Source: Candidatus Multivoradales bacterium (GTDB lineage: Bacteria; Acidobacteriota; Thermoanaerobaculia; Multivoradales; JAHEKO01). Taken from it: a stretch of 64,000 nucleotides of DNA. A program made the translations under genes and the position numbers. The notes under the pieces were generated by a model that saw only the letters and a list, made by a program, of their open reading frames with translations, ran no database searches and was not told the DNA's origin. Within the stretch, counting starts at the first letter, position 1; every line of letters starts with the position of its first letter. The stretch spans positions 2,368,001 to 2,432,000 of the forward strand of contig CBDCXM010000009.1 of the NCBI GenBank assembly GCA_965223855.1, read 5' to 3'. Below are positions 1 through 10,256 of the stretch, piece after piece.

Positions 1-428
1 GCGAGGGTGAAGATCGGGTAGAGGCACTCGAGGGTGAAGCCCCGCTCCAGCACCGACGACTCCGCGTCTTCGGGCGAGTAGAAGACGTCCACCCCTTCAC
101 CGACCGGATAGGGAGCGATGCGCCGCTCGGCCCGGGACCGGCTGGCGTAGGGCAGCACACACCCGTTGAGGCACGTGCCCTCGTACTCGCGGCCGGCCAC
201 ACGATAGGCATAGGCGACCAGGTAGCGGTGACCCGGAAGGCCGTTGGCCGACCGGTTCGGGCGCACCTCGGAACGGACGATGCGACCCGGCACGGACGGC
301 CATCGTCGGCTCCTGGCGCACAGCGCCAGCGAGCCGAACGCCCATGCCGAGTAGATCGCGGCGAAGAGCAGGAGGAGCAGCCCGAGGAGGATGCCCAGGA
401 GGCTCGCGAGCAGGTAGAGGCTGGTCAA
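1..428 (-). CDS. DUF3592-family membrane protein (3' end runs off window)
   Basis: Manual translation from TTG at 428 (not in ORF track): N-terminal TM, 'RRWPSVPGRIVRS', 'YAYRVAGREYEG', 'YPVGEGVDVFYSPEDAESSVLERG'. Confidence 0.75.
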   Translation of the reverse strand, partial: MTSLYLLASLLGILLGLLLLLFAAIYSAWAFGSLALCARSRRWPSVPGRIVRSEVRPNRSANGLPGHRYLVAYAYRVAGREYEGTCLNGCVLPYASRSRAERRIAPYPVGEGVDVFYSPEDAESSVLERGFTLECLYPIFTL

Positions 429-577
429 CGGATGCGTCGCATTCTACGAACGGTGCACAACGGCACTCTCACATGCCCCCCTGCCGGCCGCGGCACCTCG
501 ATCGCCCGGCGCTCCGTTCCGACGCACGATTGTTGGGGGCCGCCAAGTTCCGGCCAGTCGGCGGCAGGGCGGCGAAG

Positions 578-1666
578 CTACTTCGAGTCGGCCCAGTGAG
601 CGTCGTAGGCGGCCATGATCTGGCCGTACTGCTCGCGCGAGTCTGCCAACAGGAGAACGCGAAGCGCCTCCTGCTTGTCGTCCGCGGCGTCGTAGTAGGC
701 CTCGCACATCCGCATCCCCACGTAGTAGCCGATCTGCCAGGGCGCGTCGGGAAAGGCGGGATTGCGTCCGTGGAACCAGCCGGGGTGGTCGGCGCTCGGT
801 GCGTCGGCGTGCTTGCGGAACTCGCGCCACAGCGCCTCTTCGTGGGCGTCCCCGTACGCGAGCTGATCGGCCGTGGAGGCGCCGGACGCCAGACGGGCCA
901 GGAGATCGGCGCCGCCTTCCCGGACGGCTCTCGCGAGGAGAGTGTCGGCACCCTCTTCCACGTACAGTCTGATGTAGTCGATCTCCCCCTGCAGGAGGGT
1001 CTGGTACCAGTGCACCATCTCGTGAGCCGCGACGAAGGACAGCGTGTCGAGGGGCTGCATCAGCTGCTTGCCCGCGGGGAAGAAGCCCTTCTCGGCGAAC
1101 TCGCCGAGAGGGGCGTCGGCGTTGCGTCCGAAGTAGTCGACGGCGACCAGGCTGCCCGTCGCTTCGGCGCTTCCACCGCCGCCCATCGGGGAGACGAAAT
1201 AGTAGGTGGGGAGGATGGAGAGAGTTTCGTGCTCCATGGCGTCACCCACGAGATCGCGCAATCGCACGAGGTCGGCGGAGATCCCGGCTTCGAGAGCGCG
1301 GAGGGCGGGCTCGAGTCCGCCGAGGTAGGCGAGGAATCGAGGGTAGTTCTCGTACGCGGTCGCGTACTTCTGCGCCGAGATGTCGTAGCGAGTCGACCAG
1401 GTCGCGAGGCCGGCGCCTGCGCCGTCCAGGTACTTCTGGAAGGCGGCTTCGGGGTCGGCGCCGCTCTCGATGCTCGCAATCGCAACCGCGAAGCGCCTGA
1501 TGTCTCCGTAGTCGAAGGAAGGGAATCTCAAGTCGGTAGCGCCGGCAGGGGGGCTCAGCGAGAATGACGTCAGCACCGTTGCCGTCAGCGCCAGGATCAG
1601 GACGAGGCGGGCCGGTAGTTTGGACAGACCACGGCAACCTCTGCTCGCGGCAGGCGGCCGGTTCAC
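578..1666 (-). CDS. Exported putative Zn-dependent protease, DUF2268-like
   Basis: Signal-like N-terminus; HEMVH, 'VREGGAD', 'IGYYVG'. Confidence 0.7.
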   Translation of the reverse strand: MNRPPAASRGCRGLSKLPARLVLILALTATVLTSFSLSPPAGATDLRFPSFDYGDIRRFAVAIASIESGADPEAAFQKYLDGAGAGLATWSTRYDISAQKYATAYENYPRFLAYLGGLEPALRALEAGISADLVRLRDLVGDAMEHETLSILPTYYFVSPMGGGGSAEATGSLVAVDYFGRNADAPLGEFAEKGFFPAGKQLMQPLDTLSFVAAHEMVHWYQTLLQGEIDYIRLYVEEGADTLLARAVREGGADLLARLASGASTADQLAYGDAHEEALWREFRKHADAPSADHPGWFHGRNPAFPDAPWQIGYYVGMRMCEAYYDAADDKQEALRVLLLADSREQYGQIMAAYDAHWADSK

Positions 1667-2049
1667 GACAGCCCCCGAGCGGGTTCACGCCGGCGTCTCT
1701 CTCTCGATCGCACCAGTCCCACGAGCACGCACAGGGCCAGGCACCCTGCTGCGAACCACGGTGACCCGATACCGGAGCGAAGGTGGGTGGCGATCGCTCC
1801 CACCATCACGGCTGCCAGCACGGCCGAACCGTAGGGTGCCGTTCGAGGTACGAGTAGCAGGCAGGCTCCCATCGCTTCCGCAGCGCCGACCGTGGGGATC
1901 GTCCATTGCGGGAGCCCCCATGCCGCGAACCGCGCGACCATCGAGGACCCCGGCGCGAGTTTCGGTATGGCGGAGGCAGCGAAGAGCAGGGAGAGGAGGA
2001 TCGTCACTGCCCAGAGGGCGAGTGGGGCGAATCTTGCGAGCCTCGGCAT
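1663..2049 (-). CDS. DoxX-family membrane protein
   Basis: 4 TM; 'FAAWGLPQW..VGAAE', 'MVGAIATH'; start placed at ATG 2049. Confidence 0.85.
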   Translation of the reverse strand: MPRLARFAPLALWAVTILLSLLFAASAIPKLAPGSSMVARFAAWGLPQWTIPTVGAAEAMGACLLLVPRTAPYGSAVLAAVMVGAIATHLRSGIGSPWFAAGCLALCVLVGLVRSRERRRREPARGLS

Positions 2050-2094
2050 TGAGGGTACCTCCGCGAGAGTGCGACGTTGATGGCTGGAGAGCAC

Positions 2095-2116
2095 TAAAAT
2101 ACGTTTCGTAATATAC
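2095..2116. promoter_or_regulatory. AT-rich divergent promoter with possible PadR operator
   Basis: TAAAAT and palindrome TACG-TTT-CGTA (2100-2110) between divergent doxX and padR genes. Confidence 0.3.
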
Positions 2117-2140
2117 GGTTCGAGAGAGACTCCGTCAACC

Positions 2141-2677
2141 ATGCCCAAGGTCACCGACCTCAACTACCTCCTGCTCGGACTCCTCGCCCGCCAGAGCCAG
2201 ACCGCCTACAGCCTCACACAGTCGCTCGCCTCCACGCCGATGCGCGCCTACAGCAGCAGTCCAGGAAGCGTGTACCCTGCGGTGCGCAAACTCGTCGATC
2301 TGGGGTGGGTGGAAGAGGGTCCAGCGCCGCCTTCCGCTCCCGGTCGCCGACCCCGAACCCTGGCGATCACTCAGGCGGGCCGTGAGGAGCTCGAACAGTG
2401 GCTCCTGCAGCCGATCACTGCCGACGAGCTTACTCGTCGGCCGGGAACCGTCGTTCTCCGCCTTTCTCTCGTGAGCGGCGTGCTCGGGGAAGGCCACTTG
2501 CCCCGCAGACTCGACGAGCTCGAGCGCGAGGCGAGGGCAGCCTCTCAGCGGATGGCCTCATTCGTCTCCGAACACCCCGAGCTACCGCTCGGCTCCCGGC
2601 TGCCCCTGGATCTCGCCGTCACCCTGCTCGAGACCTATGCGGATTGGGCCGAGGGCGCCGTCCGCGACCTCGATTGA
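2141..2677 (+). CDS. PadR-family transcriptional regulator
   Basis: 'LLGLL..TAYSL', 'PGSVYPAVRKLVDLGWV', 'ITQAGREELEQWL'. Confidence 0.9.
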   Translation: MPKVTDLNYLLLGLLARQSQTAYSLTQSLASTPMRAYSSSPGSVYPAVRKLVDLGWVEEGPAPPSAPGRRPRTLAITQAGREELEQWLLQPITADELTRRPGTVVLRLSLVSGVLGEGHLPRRLDELEREARAASQRMASFVSEHPELPLGSRLPLDLAVTLLETYADWAEGAVRDLD

Positions 2678-2733
2678 GAGTGCAACTCCTCGAGGTTGCA
2701 CTTTCTGCGCGGACCGAGTCGGGGGAGGACTCT

Positions 2734-4176
2734 CTACTCCTCTAGGGGCGCAGGGGCCGCGAGGAGTTCTCCTCTGGCGTCGATCTCACGGCCTGCAAAG
2801 TCTCCGGAGATCGAGATGGCCTTGCCGACGAGCCTCACCCGAAGGGCAGCGAGTCCCCACGGGTAGGCGACGGCGAAGACCTGCTCGCCGGGGCTCGCGA
2901 CCACTCGAACAGCGGGGAAGGTTCCATTGGAAAACTTCCTCGCCAGAGCGCCGGCGGAGGTGATCGTCGCGGTGCACAGGAGGCCGTCCGCGGTCAGCTG
3001 GAGCGTCCCCGTCTCGGGCTCGCCATCGAAGCTCCCTTCGACTGCGTAGACGCCATTGGGACACTCGAACGGGCCCTCGCGGGCGGGGCCGAAGAACGGA
3101 GCGGCGAGTAGTTCCGCCGTCGTCTCCACTCGCGACGTCCACGTGGCGTTCGACAACAATGAGACGGCCACCCTCTCGTTCGGGTAGACGACGAGCACGC
3201 TTCTGGCTCCCGGCGTGCTACCCGCGTGATGAGCGACGGAACGAGCGTTCCAGTCCCGCCCGGTCCGCCACCCGAATCCGACTTGAAAGCGGGCGTTGCC
3301 GGTCGGCGCGCCATCGGTCAGCAAGACCGGCGTCAACGCCTCCTCCACGCTGGACCTCGAGACGATCGAGCCCGCGGCGAATTCATGGCCGAAGCGTGCG
3401 ACATCCCTGGCAGACGCGCGCATGCCGGTGGCACCCCAGACGTAGCTCTGATCGTTGGGCGACAAGGCGACTGTGTCGGGGCCTTCCGTGGAATAGAGCT
3501 GCACTGCGGCTTCCGAAAGCGCAGTGACGTCCTCGACTCCTGTCTCCCGAAGGCCATGGGGCCTGAGGATCTCGTCGCTCAGGAGCTGCGGGAACGGCTT
3601 GCCCCCGACCGAGGCTGCGGCTGCGGCGAGCAAGGCGTACCCGTAAGAGCTGTATGCATAAGCCCGGCCGGGCGGGTGCAGGAGAGGTGCGTCGCGGAAG
3701 AAGCCGAGCGACTCGCTCGGGTTGGCTACCCGGACTTGCGCACCGGGGCGGCTCGTGCCGGGACTGCCGTAGTGGGGGACTCCGGAAGTATGGGCAGCGA
3801 GCCGTCGAGGCGTGATCTCGCCTTCGCTGCGGGGCGGCCAGTCGGTGACGTAGCTGCTGACGTCGCTGTCGAGGTCGATTCGGCCCTCCTCCGCCAGCTT
3901 CAGGAGGAGCGCGGCCGTGTACAGCTTGGAGACACTTGCGAGTCGGAATCGAGAGTCCGCGCTCACCGGAGCCCCGGTGTCGAGGTTCGCCAGGCCGGTG
4001 ACGCCGCTCCAGACGACCTCGCCGTCTACGACGACCGAGGCTGCGTGTCCGGGGACACGGCTGAAGGCACGGAGACTGTCGAGGAGTCGGTCGGCCGCCG
4101 CCGTAGCCTGGTCCATGGAGGACGCGGCGGACGTCTGCAGCAGGGCCAGTCCGAGCACAAGGGCCGCCTTGCTCAT
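2734..4176 (-). CDS. Exported serine hydrolase (beta-lactamase/AmpC-like family)
   Basis: Signal peptide; SVSK, HTSG, YSSYGY, HAG motifs. Confidence 0.9.
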   Translation of the reverse strand: MSKAALVLGLALLQTSAASSMDQATAAADRLLDSLRAFSRVPGHAASVVVDGEVVWSGVTGLANLDTGAPVSADSRFRLASVSKLYTAALLLKLAEEGRIDLDSDVSSYVTDWPPRSEGEITPRRLAAHTSGVPHYGSPGTSRPGAQVRVANPSESLGFFRDAPLLHPPGRAYAYSSYGYALLAAAAASVGGKPFPQLLSDEILRPHGLRETGVEDVTALSEAAVQLYSTEGPDTVALSPNDQSYVWGATGMRASARDVARFGHEFAAGSIVSRSSVEEALTPVLLTDGAPTGNARFQVGFGWRTGRDWNARSVAHHAGSTPGARSVLVVYPNERVAVSLLSNATWTSRVETTAELLAAPFFGPAREGPFECPNGVYAVEGSFDGEPETGTLQLTADGLLCTATITSAGALARKFSNGTFPAVRVVASPGEQVFAVAYPWGLAALRVRLVGKAISISGDFAGREIDARGELLAAPAPLEE

Positions 4177-5177
4177 GGCTGGGAGGGAATGCAGGCTTGC
4201 CGGCTGATCATTCGTCGAATGGTACCGACGACCAACTCCGGCGCGTCGAGGTGAACGTCGTGTCCACTCTCCGGCGCGAGAATCTTCTCGCTGCAGTAGG
4301 ACAGGTTGAGCAGATCGTTCTGCAGTGCGTGGCTGTGGTCGACAAGGGATGCTGTATCCCAGTTGGAGTCGCCCTTCGGCGCCGGCTTGCCTCCTGCCGA
4401 GATCACGATCAACGGGAGGTACCCGAGATGGAAGGCCTTCCTGTTGGCATGGATCCTCTCGAAGATCTCGGCCTCGAAGGTGTCACTCTGTCCCTCGACA
4501 TAGCTGAACATGCGTTCGTTGTAGAGCCACTCGAACAACTGCTGCTCCTGTGGCGAGAATGCGTGCAGGCGCGCGGAGAGATCCCGACGTCGGGGAGGAA
4601 GCTCCGTGACCCGTCTTGCAGCTGCCACCGCGCCCTCCTGGACAGGGGGGATCGGCCCGTCGGCAGTGAGACGCAGTCGCTTCCACTCGAACTCGCGGGT
4701 TTCCTGGTTGAGGACGCGGAGCACTACGTCCGGATGCGTCGCCTCCACCAGAACCGCCCCCGACACTTCGTCCCTGTACTCGGCTGCAAACATGTGCGCG
4801 AGCAGTCCCCCCAACGAGTGTCCGACGACGATGTAGGGCGGCGCGAACCCGGCCCGCTCCAGGACGGCGCGGCTGTCTCTCACCTGCTGGTTCAAGGCCG
4901 CCCCATGCCCGTGTTCACTCCACCCCTCGCCGTTCTGGTCGATGGCGACTGCTTGCGCGAAAGCTCCGACCGCCGGCAGCACCAGATTCCAGTGAAGGGC
5001 CACATCGCCGGCCCCGTGGAAGAACACCACGGTTGGGCCGGCCTGCCCCTCGCCTGCTGTCAGCAGGTGCATTCGATATCCGCCCATCTCGATCATCCTG
5101 CCGGGAGGGGGCGAGCCCGGTGCGGCCTGAGCCTGGACAAGGCACAGCAGAGCAACGGCCAGGCTCGCTCTCCTCAT
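4173..5177 (-). CDS. Exported alpha/beta hydrolase
   Basis: GHSLG nucleophile, 'SGHDVH'; signal peptide from ATG 5177 (ORF open to 5282). Confidence 0.85.
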   Translation of the reverse strand: MRRASLAVALLCLVQAQAAPGSPPPGRMIEMGGYRMHLLTAGEGQAGPTVVFFHGAGDVALHWNLVLPAVGAFAQAVAIDQNGEGWSEHGHGAALNQQVRDSRAVLERAGFAPPYIVVGHSLGGLLAHMFAAEYRDEVSGAVLVEATHPDVVLRVLNQETREFEWKRLRLTADGPIPPVQEGAVAAARRVTELPPRRRDLSARLHAFSPQEQQLFEWLYNERMFSYVEGQSDTFEAEIFERIHANRKAFHLGYLPLIVISAGGKPAPKGDSNWDTASLVDHSHALQNDLLNLSYCSEKILAPESGHDVHLDAPELVVGTIRRMISRQACIPSQP

Positions 5178-5284
5178 TGCCGTGGCGGGGTGCCCCGACC
5201 GTGCACCGGCCGGCCTCATTCCCTGCCTCTGGCAGGAGCTCTCAGCTCGCCGTCGACGGGTCTGCTCTTCATCAGGGCGCAAGG

Positions 5285-6163
5285 CTAGTCCGGCATGGCT
5301 GTCACAGCCATTTGCGCGCCATGAGCGGAGACAGAGTTCCGAATGTCCGGGTTGGATCCCGCGCAGGTACCGGACTCCAGCTCTCCCAGGACATCGGTAG
5401 GGTCGAGCTCGCTTTGCATCAGCTCGTCGAAGCGTAGTTGCCTGGTGGTCGTCAGGTACTCGACGAGGAGGGATCCGAGGAGATACTGCTCGCGGATGGG
5501 ACCGACCTCGCTGTTGCGAACTTGCCGGAATCTCCGTAGGCGCGAACAGAGGTCCGTGCTTCGGTCCGTCGACGAGAGGGCGGTAGCTGCCGCGTATTCG
5601 GCGTACCCTTCTCTCTTCCAGAGAGGCAGGCGGCTTGCCGCGCGGTGTCCCAGGCGATGGGCGATCAACGAGTGCACGATCTCGTGGGTCGCGATGTGGG
5701 CGAGGTTGCCCTCCAGCAGCGAGTAGCGGTAGCCGTGGCCGTAACGTGCCGCGAAGGAGTCGATGTTGTTCCGAGACAGAAAGATGGAGTGGACGAGCGG
5801 AGCGTTGACGCCTTGCGAGGTCGTAGGGACGCCGAGGAGCCTGGCGAAGAACGAGTAGATCCGCTGGTCCTGGACGAGGAACAGGCGATGGCGGAGTTTC
5901 GGATCATCGATCTCGACGGCGGACAAGCGATGACGGACTTCGGCCAGGGCGTCGCGACTGCCGTCGTCGATGGGGCGATCCGAGCGGAGGATCAGGTTGG
6001 CGCTCCTCAACGAGTGAGGGAAGACGGGTTCGGGACAACCGACAACCACCAGCGGAACCACGATCACGAACCCGGAGAGAAGAGAGATCAGGAGCAGGAA
6101 CCGTCGCACGCGTGACCTCCGTAGCGGTTTGGCGATGTGTGGTGTCGGGGTGGCGTCGGGCAT
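5285..6163 (-). CDS. Membrane-anchored putative zincin metallopeptidase
   Basis: N-terminal TM; HEIVH followed by 'WKREGYAEY'. Confidence 0.65.
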   Translation of the reverse strand: MPDATPTPHIAKPLRRSRVRRFLLLISLLSGFVIVVPLVVVGCPEPVFPHSLRSANLILRSDRPIDDGSRDALAEVRHRLSAVEIDDPKLRHRLFLVQDQRIYSFFARLLGVPTTSQGVNAPLVHSIFLSRNNIDSFAARYGHGYRYSLLEGNLAHIATHEIVHSLIAHRLGHRAASRLPLWKREGYAEYAAATALSSTDRSTDLCSRLRRFRQVRNSEVGPIREQYLLGSLLVEYLTTTRQLRFDELMQSELDPTDVLGELESGTCAGSNPDIRNSVSAHGAQMAVTAMPD

Positions 6164-6290
6164 GGGGCTTCAGCCTCGGCCGACTCCGGCCCTGTGGTCC
6201 ATTTGCAGCGCGTGAGTTCCGACCGGAGGCGTCACCGTCCTGGCCTCTCGGGAGATCGACGACGACCGGTGGCTCCAGTGCCAGGCGGGA

Positions 6291-8192
6291 TCAGCGCGAT
6301 GGGAGCCGGAGCTCCGCGACGATCCGACGGAAGCGGGGTTCGCCTCGGAGCGAGTCGAGGCGGGGGTCGACCGCTACGAACGGAAGCTGAGCGTCGGCTG
6401 CCGACGCCAGAGCCTGTTCGAGAGCACCGAGAGCGCTCTCCGAGTCCCCCAGCAGGGCATGGTACGTCGCGCGGGTCGCGTGGCTGGCGTTGGACTCGGC
6501 CGGGATGTCCGCAAGGTGCTCGACCAACTCCAGATGCCATCGGTCGACGTCGGCGAACCGTGCCTTGAAGCGTTCGTTCATTCTCGCAAGGGCGGCCTCC
6601 TCCTTGTTCTGGAGGAGAAGCAGGTGAGCGCCGAGGATGGGCGCCGCCGAGTTGAACGGGCCGGCCTCAGCCGCTTTGTCGGCCGCTTCGAGTGCCCGGG
6701 AGTAGTTGCGCGCGAACAGGTGGCCTTCAGCCAGGCCTCCCAACGCCCTCGAGGAGGTCGGATCGAGTTCCACCGCCCTTCCGAGTGCATCCAGCGCCGC
6801 TTCGTGCTCTCCTACAGCGGACAGAAACGCCCCGTACAGGCGATAACTTCTGGAGAGTCCCGGTTCCAGGCTGAGTGCGCGCTCGAAGTTGGAGCGTGCG
6901 GCGCTCCAGTCACGCTCGCTGTACATGGCGAGGGCGCCGAGTACCAGATGTGCCTCCGCGAGGGAGCTGTCGGCGGCCAGAGCCCTCTCTCCGTGGTGCC
7001 TGGCGGCGGCGAGGTCTTCCGGCGCTGCAGAGAGCCCGATCCGCATGAGGTGGGCATGCGCCAGAGCGGAATGAGCTCGGCCGAAGTCAGGATCACGGAC
7101 CAGGACCTGCCTGAGCAGGCTCATACCCTCAGCCACCGTGGAGTCCTCGTTGGACTGGGCGCCCGACATCGTGAGGTAGCGTCCTTTGAGATAGAGGGCG
7201 TAGGTAGCTTCGGAAACCGGCGGACGCGGAGCCTGGCGTCGCGGACTACCGCCGATTCGAAGGGCCTGGCGAGCGTCTCGGGCCGCGAGCTGAAGAGCAC
7301 CTGTTCTCGAAGCGCCCGTCACCGCGGAGCGGTGCGTCCAAACGCTCACACGATCCGACACTCTCAGCGCTCGGAGGGCGAGATAGACGGTCCCGTCCGA
7401 CGACGTCAACCGGCCGCGCACGGTGAGGTCAGCTCCCAGAGCGGCCGCCGCCTCGACGAGAGAGGCGTCGGACTCGTCGAGACGCGCCGCTGGATCCATC
7501 GCGATGAGACTCGCATCGGCCCCGAAGGTGGCTCCCAACTCGGCGAGCCACTCCTCGGTGAGGACGGCACTGAGACCGTCCGCTGCGGTTTCCTGTTCGA
7601 GCAGCGACCACCCCATGAGCTCGGCGGTCGATGCCGGTGGGAGATTGGAGACGTGAAAGGGCAGCACCGCCACCGTGGGCGCAGTGGCCATCGACGGCTT
7701 CCGAAGCGACCCGACCGCGAGCGCGCCCAGGAGTGCGGGGAGTGCGAACCAGGCCACGAGCCTCGCCGCCGTCGACCTGCGGGTGCTCCCAGTCCACCGG
7801 GAGGTCTGTCGCGGTTCGCGCACCACGGGAGCGATGAAGCGGTAGCCGAGCTTCGGCAGGGTCTCGATGAACTGCGGTTTCGCAGGATCGTCGCCGATCG
7901 CCTGGCGGATCTTTCGAATCGCGAAGTTGATCCCCTGGTCGTACTCCAGGAACGAGTTGCCCCAGAGGTGCTCGCGAAGCTCCTCGCGAGTCACGACGGA
8001 GCCCGCGCGCTCGAGCAGGAGTGAGAGGGCCTTGGCCGGCTGAGGCTGGAGCGGCACCGTCTGGCGCCCTCTCAGGAGGCGCTCGGGGTGAGTGCGAAGC
8101 AGGAAGTCTCCGAACCGGAACGCCTCTCCGGGCTCCTCCTGCGGGGCCACGCCCGCAGGGACCTCCGGCGCTTCGTCAGCTGCATGCTGCAT
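6291..8192 (-). CDS. CadC/OmpR-type wHTH + TM + TolB-like + TPR regulator
   Basis: 'FIETLPKLGYRFIAPV', TM, 'VAVLPF', TPRs, terminal 'DPRLDSLRGEPRF'. Confidence 0.9.
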   Translation of the reverse strand: MQHAADEAPEVPAGVAPQEEPGEAFRFGDFLLRTHPERLLRGRQTVPLQPQPAKALSLLLERAGSVVTREELREHLWGNSFLEYDQGINFAIRKIRQAIGDDPAKPQFIETLPKLGYRFIAPVVREPRQTSRWTGSTRRSTAARLVAWFALPALLGALAVGSLRKPSMATAPTVAVLPFHVSNLPPASTAELMGWSLLEQETAADGLSAVLTEEWLAELGATFGADASLIAMDPAARLDESDASLVEAAAALGADLTVRGRLTSSDGTVYLALRALRVSDRVSVWTHRSAVTGASRTGALQLAARDARQALRIGGSPRRQAPRPPVSEATYALYLKGRYLTMSGAQSNEDSTVAEGMSLLRQVLVRDPDFGRAHSALAHAHLMRIGLSAAPEDLAAARHHGERALAADSSLAEAHLVLGALAMYSERDWSAARSNFERALSLEPGLSRSYRLYGAFLSAVGEHEAALDALGRAVELDPTSSRALGGLAEGHLFARNYSRALEAADKAAEAGPFNSAAPILGAHLLLLQNKEEAALARMNERFKARFADVDRWHLELVEHLADIPAESNASHATRATYHALLGDSESALGALEQALASAADAQLPFVAVDPRLDSLRGEPRFRRIVAELRLPSR

Positions 8193-8503
8193 GGTTCGTT
8201 CTCCGAGTTTCGGCCGGTGACCGCGAGACGCCTGCTTCGCACTCGGGTGCCGGCTGGCGTTTCGCCTGGAAACGGCCCATCCGGGTGCCTACTCCGATCG
8301 GAGCTTACCGGAGCTCTCGGCGACTGGGCCGCAGCTTTCCTGCTCGATGCCGCCCTTCGATCCGCGCTCACCTGGAGCCCGGTGGCCGCTCTCACGGCGC
8401 TCAGATCGCGCAAATTCCAACTTCGGGATCGCGTCGCCTACGTTGAGGAGGCAAAGCAGGAGCCCGAGCCAAGGCAAGGAACGCAGGACGGAGGACGAAC
8501 AGG

Positions 8504-9970
8504 ATGAACTGGTTTACGCATCGGCAATCGCCGATTTCACGAAGAGACCGTAGCGGTTCGCCCGGCGAAGTGGAGCTGCCGGGGGTGTGGGTCCAATCTC
8601 GGTGCACACGTGCGTCGACCGCGTTGATCATCGCATTGGCGATGTCAGCGGTGTGCGGAGCCGACGTCGAAGCAAAAGGTGTCGAGAAGCGAAGGTCCGG
8701 CGTCTTCGATGCGACGACGGTCGAAACGGCTGTGCGAGGCGACTCTTACCGCCGTAGCAGCGAGCGGGTTGGTTCCGCGATCTCGGAGTTCGTTCGGGCT
8801 CCTTTGATCGACGACATTGCGCACTACAGCTTCCTGATGCGCGTCGGGTCCGGGCCGTACGACACGATACGGGTTCACCGCGTGGTCCGAGAGCTGGCTC
8901 CGTACGTGCCGGTTCGGTCGTCGACTGCGGTGATGATGGTCCACGGCGCGCGTGTCGGTTTCGAGGGGACGTTCCTCACGACCCTCGACGTGCCGTCCGT
9001 TCCCGACCTGCAGGCAGCTCCGGTCTTCCTCGCGGGTCGCGGTGTCGACGTCTGGGGACTCGACGCCCGCTGGGAAGTACTGCCCGGAGACGTCTCCGAC
9101 CTTGCCCCGATTGCGGAATGGACCTTCGGTACCGACGTGGCCGACCTCGGGCAAGCTCTTGCAGTAGCTCGGTTTTCGCGCCTTCTTGGCGGCAGTGGGC
9201 TGGACCGGCTTCATCTGCTGGGCTTCTCGAGAGGGGGAGGGGTGGCCTATGCCTATGCCGGCGAGGAGTCGCAGCGGCCCGTCCCGCTGAGACACGTCAA
9301 GGGGATGGTCGTCGCCGACTTCTTCGTCAAGAGTGATGATGCCGGCCTGATCGAGCAAGCCTGTGAGGACTACTCGGCAGTCCAGGCTCAGCTCGACGCC
9401 GGAGTCGTGGCGCAGCCCGGAGACTTCCTCAACATGCTCGGTGAGTTGGCGGCGACGGCGCCGGACGATCCGTCACCCATCATCCCGGTGCTCACCAACG
9501 GCGATGTGGCCATCCTCATCGGCTCGGACGCCCCGGAAGCGCCGAACGTGGTGCCCTTCTTCCACATGGTCGCAGGGAGCTTCGATCCGGGGCCGCCTCC
9601 CTCTTTCGACCTGACATACACCCAACCTGAGATCTGGTTTAGCCACTTCCGGAGGGGGGCTGCGTTCCTGCCGTTGGCCGTGAATCAGGACCTCAACGCG
9701 GCTCTTTGCGGAGCTCCCGACACCCCCTTCGATGACCACCTGGAGGACATCGAGCTGCCGTTGCTCTACCTCGGTGCCGGTGGAGGAATCGGTGACTTCG
9801 GCCTCTTCAACACCACCCTGGTCTCGAGCACGGACGTCTCGGTTCACTCGGTGACCTTCGAGCCGCCGGCGCTGCGAGCTCTCGACTACGGCCACTCCGA
9901 TCTGTTTCTGGCCGACAATGCCGAGGAAGAGGCTTGGCAGGTGATCCTGAACTGGCTTCGGGCTCGCTAG
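8504..9970 (+). CDS. Exported alpha/beta-fold hydrolase (true start may be downstream)
   Basis: 'MMVHG', GFSRG nucleophile, 'YGHSD'; hydrophobic signal-like segment. Confidence 0.75.
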   Translation: MNWFTHRQSPISRRDRSGSPGEVELPGVWVQSRCTRASTALIIALAMSAVCGADVEAKGVEKRRSGVFDATTVETAVRGDSYRRSSERVGSAISEFVRAPLIDDIAHYSFLMRVGSGPYDTIRVHRVVRELAPYVPVRSSTAVMMVHGARVGFEGTFLTTLDVPSVPDLQAAPVFLAGRGVDVWGLDARWEVLPGDVSDLAPIAEWTFGTDVADLGQALAVARFSRLLGGSGLDRLHLLGFSRGGGVAYAYAGEESQRPVPLRHVKGMVVADFFVKSDDAGLIEQACEDYSAVQAQLDAGVVAQPGDFLNMLGELAATAPDDPSPIIPVLTNGDVAILIGSDAPEAPNVVPFFHMVAGSFDPGPPPSFDLTYTQPEIWFSHFRRGAAFLPLAVNQDLNAALCGAPDTPFDDHLEDIELPLLYLGAGGGIGDFGLFNTTLVSSTDVSVHSVTFEPPALRALDYGHSDLFLADNAEEEAWQVILNWLRAR

Positions 9971-10151
9971 CCTGAACTTCTCACGCCAGTGCACTCTGGA
10001 AGACCGTATGTCACTGAATCTACGGCGTTTTCCGGCCACTGCGCTCCTCGACATAGCTACGGCTGTGTCTCCGGTGCTCGCGACCGGAAGCCTTGTATCT
10101 TCAGCAACCTACGGCCTTCCACAGCACACCGGCGTGAGAAATTCAGGCTAG
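9967..10151. mobile_element. MITE/ERIC-like palindromic element with CTAG ends
   Basis: Left ctagcctgaacttctcacgccagtg vs reverse complement of right end ctagcctgaatttctcacgccggtg (23/25); imperfect symmetry extends about 70 bp per arm; no coding capacity. Confidence 0.65.
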
Positions 10152-10256
10152 ATCGCGTGCGGGCGCTCGAGGATGCTGCTGGAGGTTGGGTCGGATCGCT
10201 GCGTGCGGGCGAGGCCTGCCAGGTCGACAATGGAGCGCCTCCTGAGAGGACTACCC

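Noticed and set aside
8289-8477. Small ORF with hydrophobic N-terminus
   Set aside because: No convincing RBS or motif; likely intergenic
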